A stretch of 55,959 nucleotides of DNA from an uncultured Erysipelotrichaceae bacterium (GTDB lineage: Bacteria; Bacillota_I; Bacilli_A; RFN20; CAG-826), in NCBI GenBank assembly GCA_902803375.1, contig CADCPN010000060.1, positions 1-55,959 of the forward strand, read 5' to 3'. The position numbers were made by a program, and so were the translations under genes. The notes beneath the pieces were generated by a model. That model was not told the origin of the DNA, searched no databases, and was given only the letters and a program-made list of their open reading frames with translations. Within the stretch, counting starts at the first letter, position 1. The number at the start of each line of letters is the position of its first letter. This document shows positions 36,866 through 46,908 of this stretch, in pieces.

Positions 36866-38299
36866 ATGAGAAGCGATTCACTTGATCTAACAAAAGGCAA
36901 CCTATTTAAGAAGATCGTTCTTTTCGCCTTGCCGGTTGTCCTAACTAGCCTTCTTCAGCTCGTCTATAACACGGCGGATCTATTAGTTGTCTCTAACTTT
37001 GGAGGAGGCGTCCCCTCCATGACGGCGGTAGGGGATAACTGGTCCATCATCAACATCGTCATTAACACCTTTGTGATGATCGGGGTGGGCGTTAACGTCG
37101 TCGTCGCCGATGCCTTCGGAAAGAAGGATAATGGCCTTGCTTCTAAGTCGATCGGATCTAGTGTTCTCCTTAGCTTCATCATTGGAATTCCTTTAGGCCT
37201 GTTGGGATTCTTCTTATCCCCCGCTTTAGAAGCCATTATGAATACTCCCTCTGATATCCTAGATATGGCCACCTTGTATCTAAGGGTATATATGCTAGGA
37301 GTCCCTTTCCTTGTTCTATATAACTTTTTAACAAGCGCGCTAAGAGGCTTAGGAGATTCCAAAAGCCCATTGCTGATCCTGCTATTCTGCGGCTTAGCTA
37401 ACGTAGGGATGAACTTCTTTTTCGTCTATCTTTTCTATAATGTCTTCCATATCGACGATGGCGATATCCTAGGCGTAGCCTTAGCCACTGTCTTATGCGA
37501 ATTCCTCGAAGCGCTATCCACCTTTATCGTCTTGCTTAGAAGAAAGAAGAAAGCCGAGATCGGCGGGATTTCTTTTAAGGATATCCGCCTTCATAAAAGA
37601 GAAAGCATCGCTATCCTGAAGCATGGTTTGCCAAGCGGCTTAGAATGCTTTATCTTCGGCTTATCTAACGCAGCCATCCAAGCGCAGGCGAACCTACTCG
37701 GAACCGTTGTTATATCCGCCGATACGGCTTCTGGGAATATCGAAGGATATATCTTCGCCGCCTTAGAGGCTTTCATCACGGCGGAAGTAGCAATTGTCGC
37801 TCAAAACTACGGCGCAGGCGATAAGCAGCGTGTAAAAAAGAGCTTCTTATATAGTTTGCTTATTATCGTAATCCTTGCGGTTTCTATGGGAGGAGTTGCA
37901 ATTGCTAGTGCCCGTCCATTGATTGGGATCTACATCGCGGATACGGCGGAGAATGCCGCTACGATGGAGATTGCCATCAATCATCTCATCATGATGTGCG
38001 CCACCTATGCCTTATGCGCGTTCATGGATGCGGGATCAGGCTATCTTAGGGGCACTAAGCATGCCTTTGCTCCAACCATCGCGATCTTTATGACTGCCTG
38101 TGTATTCCGCCTAAGTTACGTCTATTTCTTCTATCGACCATTCATCGCCCCTACAGACCTATCGTTGACTGCAAAGGATTTGATCTTGTTCGGAGGCTAT
38201 CCGGCCTGCTGGACGCTAAGCTGCTTAATCTATCTAGTTATGGTTCCTATTTTCATGAAGAAGGATGGCGTTATCGCAAAAGCAGATCACGCTAATTGA
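36866..38299 (+). CDS. MATE family efflux transporter
   Basis: DLTKGNL..FALP..LQLVYNTAD, LRGLGDSKSPL, AQNYGAG; about 12 TM. Confidence 0.93.
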   Translation: MRSDSLDLTKGNLFKKIVLFALPVVLTSLLQLVYNTADLLVVSNFGGGVPSMTAVGDNWSIINIVINTFVMIGVGVNVVVADAFGKKDNGLASKSIGSSVLLSFIIGIPLGLLGFFLSPALEAIMNTPSDILDMATLYLRVYMLGVPFLVLYNFLTSALRGLGDSKSPLLILLFCGLANVGMNFFFVYLFYNVFHIDDGDILGVALATVLCEFLEALSTFIVLLRRKKKAEIGGISFKDIRLHKRESIAILKHGLPSGLECFIFGLSNAAIQAQANLLGTVVISADTASGNIEGYIFAALEAFITAEVAIVAQNYGAGDKQRVKKSFLYSLLIIVILAVSMGGVAIASARPLIGIYIADTAENAATMEIAINHLIMMCATYALCAFMDAGSGYLRGTKHAFAPTIAIFMTACVFRLSYVYFFYRPFIAPTDLSLTAKDLILFGGYPACWTLSCLIYLVMVPIFMKKDGVIAKADHAN

Positions 38300-38611
38300 A
38301 AGCATTGCTTTGGTTACAGTTTCCAAAAACTAACATTCATTTGGAATAGGCTAAATATCGATACCGTTTTCGAAAACGAAAGATAGCAATGGAGATTATA
38401 GAATTGCTTCTGCGTTCTTTTTCCTTCTGTGTGCTTGATATTTTAGCCAACGTAAAATCAACAAAATCCAAAAAAGTTTCTATTTCCTAATTGCTCGTTT
38501 TAGACAATAAAAGCAAACCTATAATATTCCGTCAATTTGCTTTCTGAAAATACACGCAAAGAAGTTTTCTTATTTAACTTTGCAAAACAAATCGTTATTC
38601 TTTAGGAGATT

Positions 38612-38680
38612 AAAGGCAAACTTAACGTAAGTTAAGGACGCAAAGCTAGTAGGGTCCTAATAAGGGATAGCCAGTTGCTC
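38612..38680 (+). ncRNA. c-di-GMP-I (GEMM) riboswitch
   Basis: AAAG-GCAAA-CTTAAC-GTAA-GTTAAG-GACGCAAAGCT..GGGTCCTAA..GATAGCCAGTTGC; ends about 20 nt before ATG 38700. Confidence 0.88.
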
Positions 38681-38699
38681 AAATTGAGAAACGTAACCA

Positions 38700-39560
38700 A
38701 TGGATAGACTGGCGGAAATCAATAGGAAAAGAACGGCGTTACGAATTCAGATCGCGACGTGTTTTTCTTTTACCGGCCTTTTGGTGGGCGCGACCGGCTT
38801 TTCCACGTATGCTTGGTTCTCGGTCAATCAGCAAACCCATGTTTCCGGCATGAGCATTGTCGTTGATAACAAAGCCACCATTCTCGGAACTGCCTTCTAC
38901 ACGATGGACTCCACCTCTAGTGGAAACTCGGTTTTCAAAAGGGTCTCGCCTTCTAGTGACCCCTATGACATCGGTCTATTCGACCCGGTTCTAGGCAGTG
39001 AGAAACACACGATGCTAATCCGCGTGGATGTGAAACCGTCTTTGACTGCTGCCTACCCCTATGCCTTCACCGATACGACCTTAGATAAAATCCTCCCGAA
39101 AAAGGATGGCTTGAGATCTTGGTTCCGCATCACCGCGGATTACACCGCGGATTCTTGGAACCCTTTGACCTCGATTGTGGCAATGAACTGCTACACCGGC
39201 TCTGCTGTGAGCGTTTCTGCCGCCGATGGCGTTGAAACCGCCACGCTGCCTTCTCCCACCGCCGACAAGACCTTTGTGGCATTGAATGCGGGAAAAGACC
39301 CAAGCACCTTCTATTCAACCATTTCTTTGACTTCGGGATCTATCGCTCCTAGCACGACGAGCGGTTATTACTGCATCTGGATTGTGCTCGACTATTCTCA
39401 AGATGCCGTCACCAGTCTATATTCCGCCAACATCGGCAATGAGGCATTAAGCCTCTCCACTGACTCTCACATCGATACCGGCATCGTGTTCAAACGTGAT
39501 TTCAAGATAAACATCAGCGAGACCGCCGTTTCCTCGGTCATAGCGGAGGAGAATGCATAA
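38700..39560 (+). CDS. secreted protein with SipW-type signal peptide (minor subunit?)
   Basis: 'ATGFSTYAWFSVN' nearly identical to 'TSTFAWFSVN' of 35873; S/T-rich beta protein. Confidence 0.75.
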   Translation: MDRLAEINRKRTALRIQIATCFSFTGLLVGATGFSTYAWFSVNQQTHVSGMSIVVDNKATILGTAFYTMDSTSSGNSVFKRVSPSSDPYDIGLFDPVLGSEKHTMLIRVDVKPSLTAAYPYAFTDTTLDKILPKKDGLRSWFRITADYTADSWNPLTSIVAMNCYTGSAVSVSAADGVETATLPSPTADKTFVALNAGKDPSTFYSTISLTSGSIAPSTTSGYYCIWIVLDYSQDAVTSLYSANIGNEALSLSTDSHIDTGIVFKRDFKINISETAVSSVIAEENA

Positions 39561-39562
39561 AC

Positions 39563-42500
39563 ATGAAGAAGTTAGGCTTTATTGGGAAATATTGCATTGG
39601 CCTAGGAGTAGTGGCCGCCGCCACCATCACGGCCTTAGCGTCTTTTTCTGTCGCCTGGTTCTCCAACGGCGATATTCAGGATGAGATGATCGGCCGTACC
39701 GCTAGAGGCTATTTTGGCGGCGGCGATGGCAGCGCGACCATCGATGAAGAAGCCGGCACCGCTGGCCCTTATCAGATTCATGACCCGATTCACCTCTATA
39801 ACCTGGCTTGGCTTCAATACATCGGCTACTTCAAAAGCGCCGATGGCAATAACACCCCTGTGCAGAAATACTTTGTCTTGACCCAAGACATCGATATGAC
39901 CGGCTGGGCATTGCCTCCGATTGGAACCGAGGAATACCCATTCTATGGCAATTTCAATGGACAAGGGCATAAGGTCACCGGTTTAACGGTTTCTAACTCT
40001 TGGAGCGATATCCAATCCCGTCACCCGGATTCCGTTAACGAAAGCACTTTTACCGCTAACATCGTCGGCTTTTTCGGCGTTGTCGGACCTTATAAAAACG
40101 CGGCAACCCCTGCCTCTTATAGCTCTGCAGCGAATGCAATCCAAAACACTGGCTTAGAAGGCATTACGGTTAAGTCTTCTGCGTCGAAGACTCTGGTCGG
40201 CTTAGCCGCGGGCTATGTTAACGGCCCGCTAGAAGGGGTGGCGGTGAACAATTCCTATATCGATTTAAGGGATGCTGGAACCTATTTGGATGCCAATCTA
40301 ACAGAAAACATTTCCGACTATTCTCTTATTGGCCATGCCGCAGATTCGAAATATCTCTCAAAGATGCAGTCTTCCATCACCAAGACCGATACTCCGATAG
40401 TTGAAAATCCGTTTGTTTCCCAAGGCGGTGACGAGTGGGGTGGATCCATCGATATGAAGACGATGTACACCAACCTTCTTACGAAGATGAAGAATTCGAC
40501 TGGCTTCTCGGAAACGATAACGACTTACGAGGAGGAAAGCCGGACCAAAAACGCCGATGGCTCTTACACGCCGAGCAGCGGATATGAAGCTATTCCGTCT
40601 GCTAAAGTCACCGATAATTATCAAGATCTTGGGGTAACCCACAATAATGGAAACGACTATTTTTATGCGTATTCTGATACGGGTAAGAAGAAAGATGGCA
40701 CGACTGATGTTCAAACGGCAAATTACACTTTCGTGAGTTCAGAAGATAATAGTAATAAAGGGATGGATGGCTATGTTGGCTTGGGAGGGAAATATAGCCT
40801 ATATGATTATTCTTACACAAAGGAGTTCATAACCCGATCCAACGAGTCTGGCTTTTATTATTCGGATGTTTCGACCGGGTATTATTTATCTGCAAACGAA
40901 TCTGGCCTCACCTATGCAAAAACAAAGTCTAATGCTACACCTTGGTTTTTTGACGAAGAAGGACACCTGTATACAAATTTTGATAGGAGTATCCGTTTTT
41001 TAAACTTAAATAGTTCCACTTTGTCTCTCGCTAACGCTGGATCCACCGTTTGGGGATGGGATTCGAATACCTCGACTTGGACCTCTGGCGACTATCATCT
41101 TATTTTTGACGGCAACCAATGGCTCGCTTCCGCCGAAACGGAAATCAGCGTCCCTAGTTACTACACCATAAAACAAGGTGCTCGTTATTTAACTAATAAT
41201 GGAACTAATCTTTCCACGACGACAGCAGCTGCTTCGGCCGGCCATTTGTATTTTGACGACGGCGCTTATGGATATGCGTATTTTTTGTATAACAACAACA
41301 AATATTATTTCGACGACAGCGGTTATACTACAAAAATGGTTTTATCGTCCAATGCGACGCTGTCAAATTGTTTTTTGAGACAACAATCAGCACCCAATTA
41401 CTTGTATTGCGCTGGATATGGGGACTACATGAGTATTGAGGCTAGCTCAATTAGTTTTACGAGAAGCCCCTCTACGACGATTGATACTGTTTACACCGAA
41501 CAGGCTGTGAAATGTCAGACTGAAACTATCAATTCTGAAATAATCATTAAGGATGCCGAAAATAAGGAAGACCGCCATGTTTACACCGGGGAGACCTATT
41601 TTCCTTTGACTTGGAAAGAGGGGGGGACCGTGACTCCGAGTGAGAGAAATACCGGTTACGTTATTGGTGGTTCCAACTATACTAATTCTTCCGTCGGAAG
41701 CATCGGAGACGTCCGAGTTGCCGGAGACGGCGCCTATGAAACGAATACCGCGCTGAAGAATTCTTTTATCTCTGGGTCATCTTACTCATCCGCAGATTTT
41801 GCCCCATATACATTTAATTCGTCTGGAACTGCTGTGAAAATCGGCGATCCGATAAACAAAATGCAGGCCTCTTCAGGCTATTCGGATTACGATTCCGTTC
41901 TGGGCTTAAAGAAATATTATCAATCCATAATGGGAAAAACTACGGGCTCGAGACTTTCACTCGATTCGATGGTGTCGGGCGGAACGGCATATGGCCTTCA
42001 CTTTATGAACGCGGAAATTTCGATGAACAATCTTATTACTGTTCCTTATGCCGTGATAAACAATGAAGAGCATTACAATTATCAGCTTCCCCGCGATTCC
42101 ATCGACTTCAATTTAAAAACGGACGGTTATATTAATTTCTTTGCACATACGGGATTTGTTAACCCCACGTGGAATAACACCAATAATAGTTTTTTCTCTT
42201 TGCACTGGATTGACCGCAGCGGCTCAATCATCAATGAGATCAAACAGATTGCCAAAATTTACAAGAATAAGGATTATGAGACGGACAGCTCACAGCCCCA
42301 GTACGTTTATACGTTCAGGAATTCTTTGGGTGCGGAAGTCGACACGAGATGGAGCACCGGCGTTATGAACGAGAACCAAAGCGGTTATATCGGTGGGACG
42401 AAAGGCGATATGGTCTTTGACACATACTGGCTAACTGACCCTCAATACAATCAATTTGAGGTTTACGCGGCCTATTATTTCGAAATTCCGGTAAACAAAG

Positions 42501-43450
42501 GCGAGTTTGCGCTAGGATCCGCCTCTGGGAAAACGAAAAAAGATAATGGCTGGCCTGCCGAATATAACAAAAACGGTGCTTACCTAATGTACCTGGACAT
42601 CGGCGCTTCCAAAAAGAACGATACGGGTATCACTGTCACGGAGCATTCCGTTACGACTACCTATGATTATAGTTATCCGAAAGGTGTTGATTTTAAGGTC
42701 CTCCCGACCGAGAAGGGCGATTCGTTCTTTGAAGGAGTAACGGGAGGCCAGAGCTCTGCCATCATTCTTGATTCCAATGACAGCATGAACGTGGGCTTCA
42801 AATATACTGATGATTCGGATAATCCGACACTCTCCGTCGGCAAAGACAACGGAGGCGGGGGTTCTTTTGAGGCCGCCTATAAGACCACGGGAACTTCCGT
42901 GAGGAATACGGCGGGAGAAGATATACCCCTTGATTCGGGATCACCAGGAACGGTTGATGAGATGAATCGCGTGACGGTTTACGATTTAACAAAGAGCGAA
43001 AACAATTACAAGACCACAACAAAACATACCATCGATGGCGTGGAACAAGCCGAGACCGTTGAGACGCAGACAAAGTCGTGGACCGAAGAACAAATTGGCG
43101 CAATAGCTGCCTTTGAAAAAGAAGGCGAGAATATCTTCACCGTTGCCTATACGGCTTCTACGGGAAGCGAGGGCTCTGCAAAGGTGATCCTTGAATCTAC
43201 CTACGATGCTTTAACGTGCACCTATACCCTTAATTTCGTGACAGAGGGAACGGAAACGCAGCAGGTTGACCTAAAGTTCACAACGCTGAACCTAACGCAA
43301 AGTTATGTTGACGATTATGACCAGACTCATAGCTTCACCTATCACGTTGTTGTTCAAAATAACGGAGTGGCCACGGGAGCTTCCCTTGGCGACATTTCAA
43401 CTTCTTCGTTGAACAATACCCTCTCCGTGATCTCCGCACTAAAGGCTTAA
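39563..43450 (+). CDS. large secreted adhesin-like protein with SipW-type signal peptide and GLUG-like N-terminal domain
   Basis: 'SFSVAWF'; YFGGGDGS..PYQI..LYNLA, LTQDIDM, FYGNFNGQGHKVTGL, VGFFG; Y/N/S/T-rich; no LPXTG or C-terminal TM. Confidence 0.75.
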   Translation: MKKLGFIGKYCIGLGVVAAATITALASFSVAWFSNGDIQDEMIGRTARGYFGGGDGSATIDEEAGTAGPYQIHDPIHLYNLAWLQYIGYFKSADGNNTPVQKYFVLTQDIDMTGWALPPIGTEEYPFYGNFNGQGHKVTGLTVSNSWSDIQSRHPDSVNESTFTANIVGFFGVVGPYKNAATPASYSSAANAIQNTGLEGITVKSSASKTLVGLAAGYVNGPLEGVAVNNSYIDLRDAGTYLDANLTENISDYSLIGHAADSKYLSKMQSSITKTDTPIVENPFVSQGGDEWGGSIDMKTMYTNLLTKMKNSTGFSETITTYEEESRTKNADGSYTPSSGYEAIPSAKVTDNYQDLGVTHNNGNDYFYAYSDTGKKKDGTTDVQTANYTFVSSEDNSNKGMDGYVGLGGKYSLYDYSYTKEFITRSNESGFYYSDVSTGYYLSANESGLTYAKTKSNATPWFFDEEGHLYTNFDRSIRFLNLNSSTLSLANAGSTVWGWDSNTSTWTSGDYHLIFDGNQWLASAETEISVPSYYTIKQGARYLTNNGTNLSTTTAAASAGHLYFDDGAYGYAYFLYNNNKYYFDDSGYTTKMVLSSNATLSNCFLRQQSAPNYLYCAGYGDYMSIEASSISFTRSPSTTIDTVYTEQAVKCQTETINSEIIIKDAENKEDRHVYTGETYFPLTWKEGGTVTPSERNTGYVIGGSNYTNSSVGSIGDVRVAGDGAYETNTALKNSFISGSSYSSADFAPYTFNSSGTAVKIGDPINKMQASSGYSDYDSVLGLKKYYQSIMGKTTGSRLSLDSMVSGGTAYGLHFMNAEISMNNLITVPYAVINNEEHYNYQLPRDSIDFNLKTDGYINFFAHTGFVNPTWNNTNNSFFSLHWIDRSGSIINEIKQIAKIYKNKDYETDSSQPQYVYTFRNSLGAEVDTRWSTGVMNENQSGYIGGTKGDMVFDTYWLTDPQYNQFEVYAAYYFEIPVNKGEFALGSASGKTKKDNGWPAEYNKNGAYLMYLDIGASKKNDTGITVTEHSVTTTYDYSYPKGVDFKVLPTEKGDSFFEGVTGGQSSAIILDSNDSMNVGFKYTDDSDNPTLSVGKDNGGGGSFEAAYKTTGTSVRNTAGEDIPLDSGSPGTVDEMNRVTVYDLTKSENNYKTTTKHTIDGVEQAETVETQTKSWTEEQIGAIAAFEKEGENIFTVAYTASTGSEGSAKVILESTYDALTCTYTLNFVTEGTETQQVDLKFTTLNLTQSYVDDYDQTHSFTYHVVVQNNGVATGASLGDISTSSLNNTLSVISALKA

Positions 43451-43572
43451 ATCGACTAGCCCCCTCCCTTATGGATGGAGCTTTTCGTTACGCCTATCCC
43501 CTTTTGTCTCTTTCTTCTATTTAATAAGCGACTTAAAATAAGGTATCGACTTTATATATAGGAGATTCCCAT

Positions 43573-45030
43573 ATGGAAAACCCAAAACCGGCGGAAGCAG
43601 TATCGACCCCTGTTGCCCTGAAGCTAAACAAAAAGCGCACCTTTATCATCGGCTTCGCTTTCTTTGGCATCTTATTGCTGTGGCAGGTCTATGACTCTTG
43701 GTGCCCGAAGTTCCTAGAGCTTTTATTCATGGAGTCCCTAGGCACCTCAGATAACGAGGAGGTCCAATACCTCGTCGGCATCATGATGGCCATGGATAAC
43801 CTGGCCGCGCTTATCTTGATGCCTATATTTGGCAGGCTCTCGGATAAGACCCATACGAAGATTGGCAAGCGCATGCCCTATATCCTTATCGGCACTTTCG
43901 TCTGCGCGGTCTCCTTCCCCTTTATCCCGGTCCTTTTCCATTTCCATAACCTCGCTGGCGTCATCGCGATGATGGCCATCGTCGTCATCTTCGCCATGAT
44001 GTACCGCAACCCGGCGGTCGCTTTGATGCCCGACCTAACCCCGAAGCCATTGCGCAGCAAGGCTAACGGCATCATCAATATCATGGGATATATCGGCGGC
44101 GCTTTCGCCACCCTGGTCGGCATCGTCTTCGTTTTATCTAATTACCTAGGCCCTAATAACGATACCTGGTTCTCAAGAAGCGGCAACATCTGGATTGTGG
44201 AGGCCCCGTTCCTAGTGGCTTCAATCTTGATGCTAATCTCCGCCGCCGTGCTTTTCTTCACGATCCGCGAGAATGAGCTAGAAGCCAAGCTGGCCGCAGA
44301 GCTAGAGGAAGGCGAGAAAGAAGCGGCAGTCGTCGACTCCGTGGAACATGATGATGAAAAGCCTATGAGCAAGGCAAACCTGATCATGCTTCTATTAATC
44401 CTTGCCGCGGAGTTCTTCTGGTTCATGTCCGATAACGGCATCGGCACCTTCATGCTTAACTATTCCACGAACTTCCTAGGCGCGAAGACCTCCTCCAATA
44501 TGATCATGGTCATCATCGGCGGCGCGGGTTCCGTAATTGGCTTCTCAATCGGTGGCTTCATCGCCGGCAAGATCGGCAGAAAGTGGACCATCGTCATCGG
44601 ATTAGGCATCACCTTATTAGGCTTAATCTCTTGGCTGCTATTCCAGAATCTATTAGGCAAAGGCGCCTATATTGCCTCGACTGGCTTCTATGCCTTCCCA
44701 TGGTATCTATATCTCGTCTGGGGATTAAAGGGATTTGGCATGAGCCTAGTCCACCTCAATTCCTTCCCGATGGTCGTTGAGCTTTGCTCTAAGAAGAAGG
44801 TTGGCCAGTTCACTGGTTACTATTATGCCTCCTCTATGGCTGCCCAGACCGTCACCCCGACTCTTCTTGGATTATTGTTACGCGCCGATAACATCGATTG
44901 GAGCTTCCTTCCGATCTATGCGATCATCGCGACCGCTATTTCGCTAACCATCTTCTTCTTCGTCAAGAACGTGAAGACCAGTAAGGTCGCTATCGCCACA
45001 GGCCTAGAAGGCTTAGGCCTTGATGACTAA
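43573..45030 (+). CDS. MFS sugar transporter (MalT/SLC45-like)
   Basis: GRLSDKTHTKIGKRMPYI, ALMPDLTP..RSKANG; about 12 TM; upstream of gal/mal genes. Confidence 0.88.
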   Translation: MENPKPAEAVSTPVALKLNKKRTFIIGFAFFGILLLWQVYDSWCPKFLELLFMESLGTSDNEEVQYLVGIMMAMDNLAALILMPIFGRLSDKTHTKIGKRMPYILIGTFVCAVSFPFIPVLFHFHNLAGVIAMMAIVVIFAMMYRNPAVALMPDLTPKPLRSKANGIINIMGYIGGAFATLVGIVFVLSNYLGPNNDTWFSRSGNIWIVEAPFLVASILMLISAAVLFFTIRENELEAKLAAELEEGEKEAAVVDSVEHDDEKPMSKANLIMLLLILAAEFFWFMSDNGIGTFMLNYSTNFLGAKTSSNMIMVIIGGAGSVIGFSIGGFIAGKIGRKWTIVIGLGITLLGLISWLLFQNLLGKGAYIASTGFYAFPWYLYLVWGLKGFGMSLVHLNSFPMVVELCSKKKVGQFTGYYYASSMAAQTVTPTLLGLLLRADNIDWSFLPIYAIIATAISLTIFFFVKNVKTSKVAIATGLEGLGLDD

Positions 45031-45039
45031 TATATTCCT

Positions 45040-45984
45040 ATGCCCGCTTGCTTAACTCATTTCACCTTCGAGGAATGTAACATCCCCGAAGAAGAAAAGA
45101 AGTACCAAAATGTCGTCCGTTTAGGTACCCAGGGTCCTGACCCTTACTTTTACTATGGCTTCCTTCCTAACCATTCTGGCCCGGATAAGAAAGAGATCCA
45201 GGAAGTGGGGGAAATCCTTCACCATTCTGAGATTGCCGACCATTATTGGGCTTTGATGCAATATGCCTGTAGTAGCGATGATAAAGAGCTCCTATTCGCC
45301 TATATCGATGGATTATGGATGCATTATTGCCTTGACCGCAACTTCCATCCCTATATCTTCTCGCAGTCTGGATTCGATAATAATGGAGAGCTACACGGTT
45401 TCTATAAGTTTAGCCATGGCTGCTACGAGGCTGTCCTAGATTGCTATGTGGCGGAAAAGTACCAAAGCAAAAGAAAGACGAGCTCCACCGTCAAAGAAAA
45501 CAAGGAAGATATCCGCAAGATCTCTAAGATGTGGCAGTCTCTTTCTTCTGCTTTCCCCATATTAAAAGAGGATTCCTTCTATAAATGTTGGTTAGCTTTT
45601 AAAGGAGTAGAAGCCACGTTATGGACGGGCTTTATCCCTTGGAAGAGGCCGTTATTTAAAGCGCTAGGCAAGCACTCCCTTGCCTATGGCATGTCTTATC
45701 CTAGAAGGTTCCATAGGTACGATTATTGGGATTGCCTAAACGAAGGTCACCGCCTATGGAAAGACCCTTGCACCTTAAAGGAGCACACCGACTCAGTCGA
45801 TGACCTTTTCCTAAAGGCTAAGGCGGATTATCAAGCTGTGCATGAGCTTCTTCTAAAAGCCAAAAATGGCGAGGACGTGCATGAGCAATTGCTTGCTTTC
45901 GTCAATAAGATCGATCATGATGGCTCCCCCTATAACAAGAAGAAAACCTGGTTTGATCTTTGCTGGGATAAGAAAAAGAAGTAG
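45040..45984 (+). CDS. zinc-dependent phospholipase C family protein
   Basis: MPACLTH, GTQGPDPYFY, LHH, HYCLDRNFHPYI, H..YE..LD. Confidence 0.8.
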   Translation: MPACLTHFTFEECNIPEEEKKYQNVVRLGTQGPDPYFYYGFLPNHSGPDKKEIQEVGEILHHSEIADHYWALMQYACSSDDKELLFAYIDGLWMHYCLDRNFHPYIFSQSGFDNNGELHGFYKFSHGCYEAVLDCYVAEKYQSKRKTSSTVKENKEDIRKISKMWQSLSSAFPILKEDSFYKCWLAFKGVEATLWTGFIPWKRPLFKALGKHSLAYGMSYPRRFHRYDYWDCLNEGHRLWKDPCTLKEHTDSVDDLFLKAKADYQAVHELLLKAKNGEDVHEQLLAFVNKIDHDGSPYNKKKTWFDLCWDKKKK

Positions 45985-46236
45985 GAAATTAGAAAGAGCA
46001 TAAGCGGCAACGCTACAACTAATCAGCGGAAAGTGGACTAGGTTTTTTTCCTGTCCACTTTGAGGTTACCGTTTCCCATCGGTTAGTTTGCCCATATAGC
46101 AAAATGGGCGAATTACCGATGTTTTTTAGAAACTTTAGTTTCCGAAAAGGTTTCCATATAGGAAAAAGAACATTCAAAATAATGTGAGTCTAACTCCTAT
46201 ACTTTCCCATTCTTATTCTTTAGAATAAAAAGGATT

Positions 46237-46908
46237 ATGGGCAATAGAAACGTCATTGATTATGTTGGCGCGCTCGTTGTCGAAGGAGACTCTTTCCTTC
46301 TCGTCCGCAGCCTAAGTAGCGATGATATCCCCCTCTCTGGCTTCCATTTGCCTGGAGGCAAATACTTTCAAGAAGATAGTTTGGAGAAGGACATCAAGAT
46401 CCTTTTGGGCAGCAAATACCAATGCGAGGTTACACTGATCTCTAGCCTCTCCCCGATAGAAGGAGAGGATAAAGATGGCAACCCCATCCGCCTTTTCCCT
46501 TGTCTTATCAAAGAGCTTTCCCCTCTTCGCTTCCCTGGGAAGCATTTCGAGTACCGTTACCTCTCCGTCAAGGATCTAGATAACGTCTATGTCGATCCCA
46601 TCGATAAGATAGCCGCCAAAAAGCTGATGGCCTTCCTTCCTTTGCTATATGGGGCCGTCAGAAAGACCCCGTTGACCCCAAAAGAAATCGATAAGGTCAA
46701 CGTGATGCTCCATGCCTTGGAGTACTTCAAAGCCAGGATGGATCTCTCCTCCGCCAAAGAGTTTCGCGCCCTCCTTGATTGCGAAGCCTCCTATGAATCC
46801 ATCGTCATAGCCTTCAAAGCCATCTTGGAGCAGTACCATCTCGACATCAACGAATATATCGACATCATGTCTTATAAAGACGCGAAAAAAAGGAGGGAAA
46901 CCATATGA
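46237..46908 (+). CDS. NUDIX-fold protein with degenerate Nudix box and helical C-terminal domain
   Basis: VGALVV..FLLVR..FHLPGGK; the REUXEE segment is absent. Confidence 0.6.
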   Translation: MGNRNVIDYVGALVVEGDSFLLVRSLSSDDIPLSGFHLPGGKYFQEDSLEKDIKILLGSKYQCEVTLISSLSPIEGEDKDGNPIRLFPCLIKELSPLRFPGKHFEYRYLSVKDLDNVYVDPIDKIAAKKLMAFLPLLYGAVRKTPLTPKEIDKVNVMLHALEYFKARMDLSSAKEFRALLDCEASYESIVIAFKAILEQYHLDINEYIDIMSYKDAKKRRETI

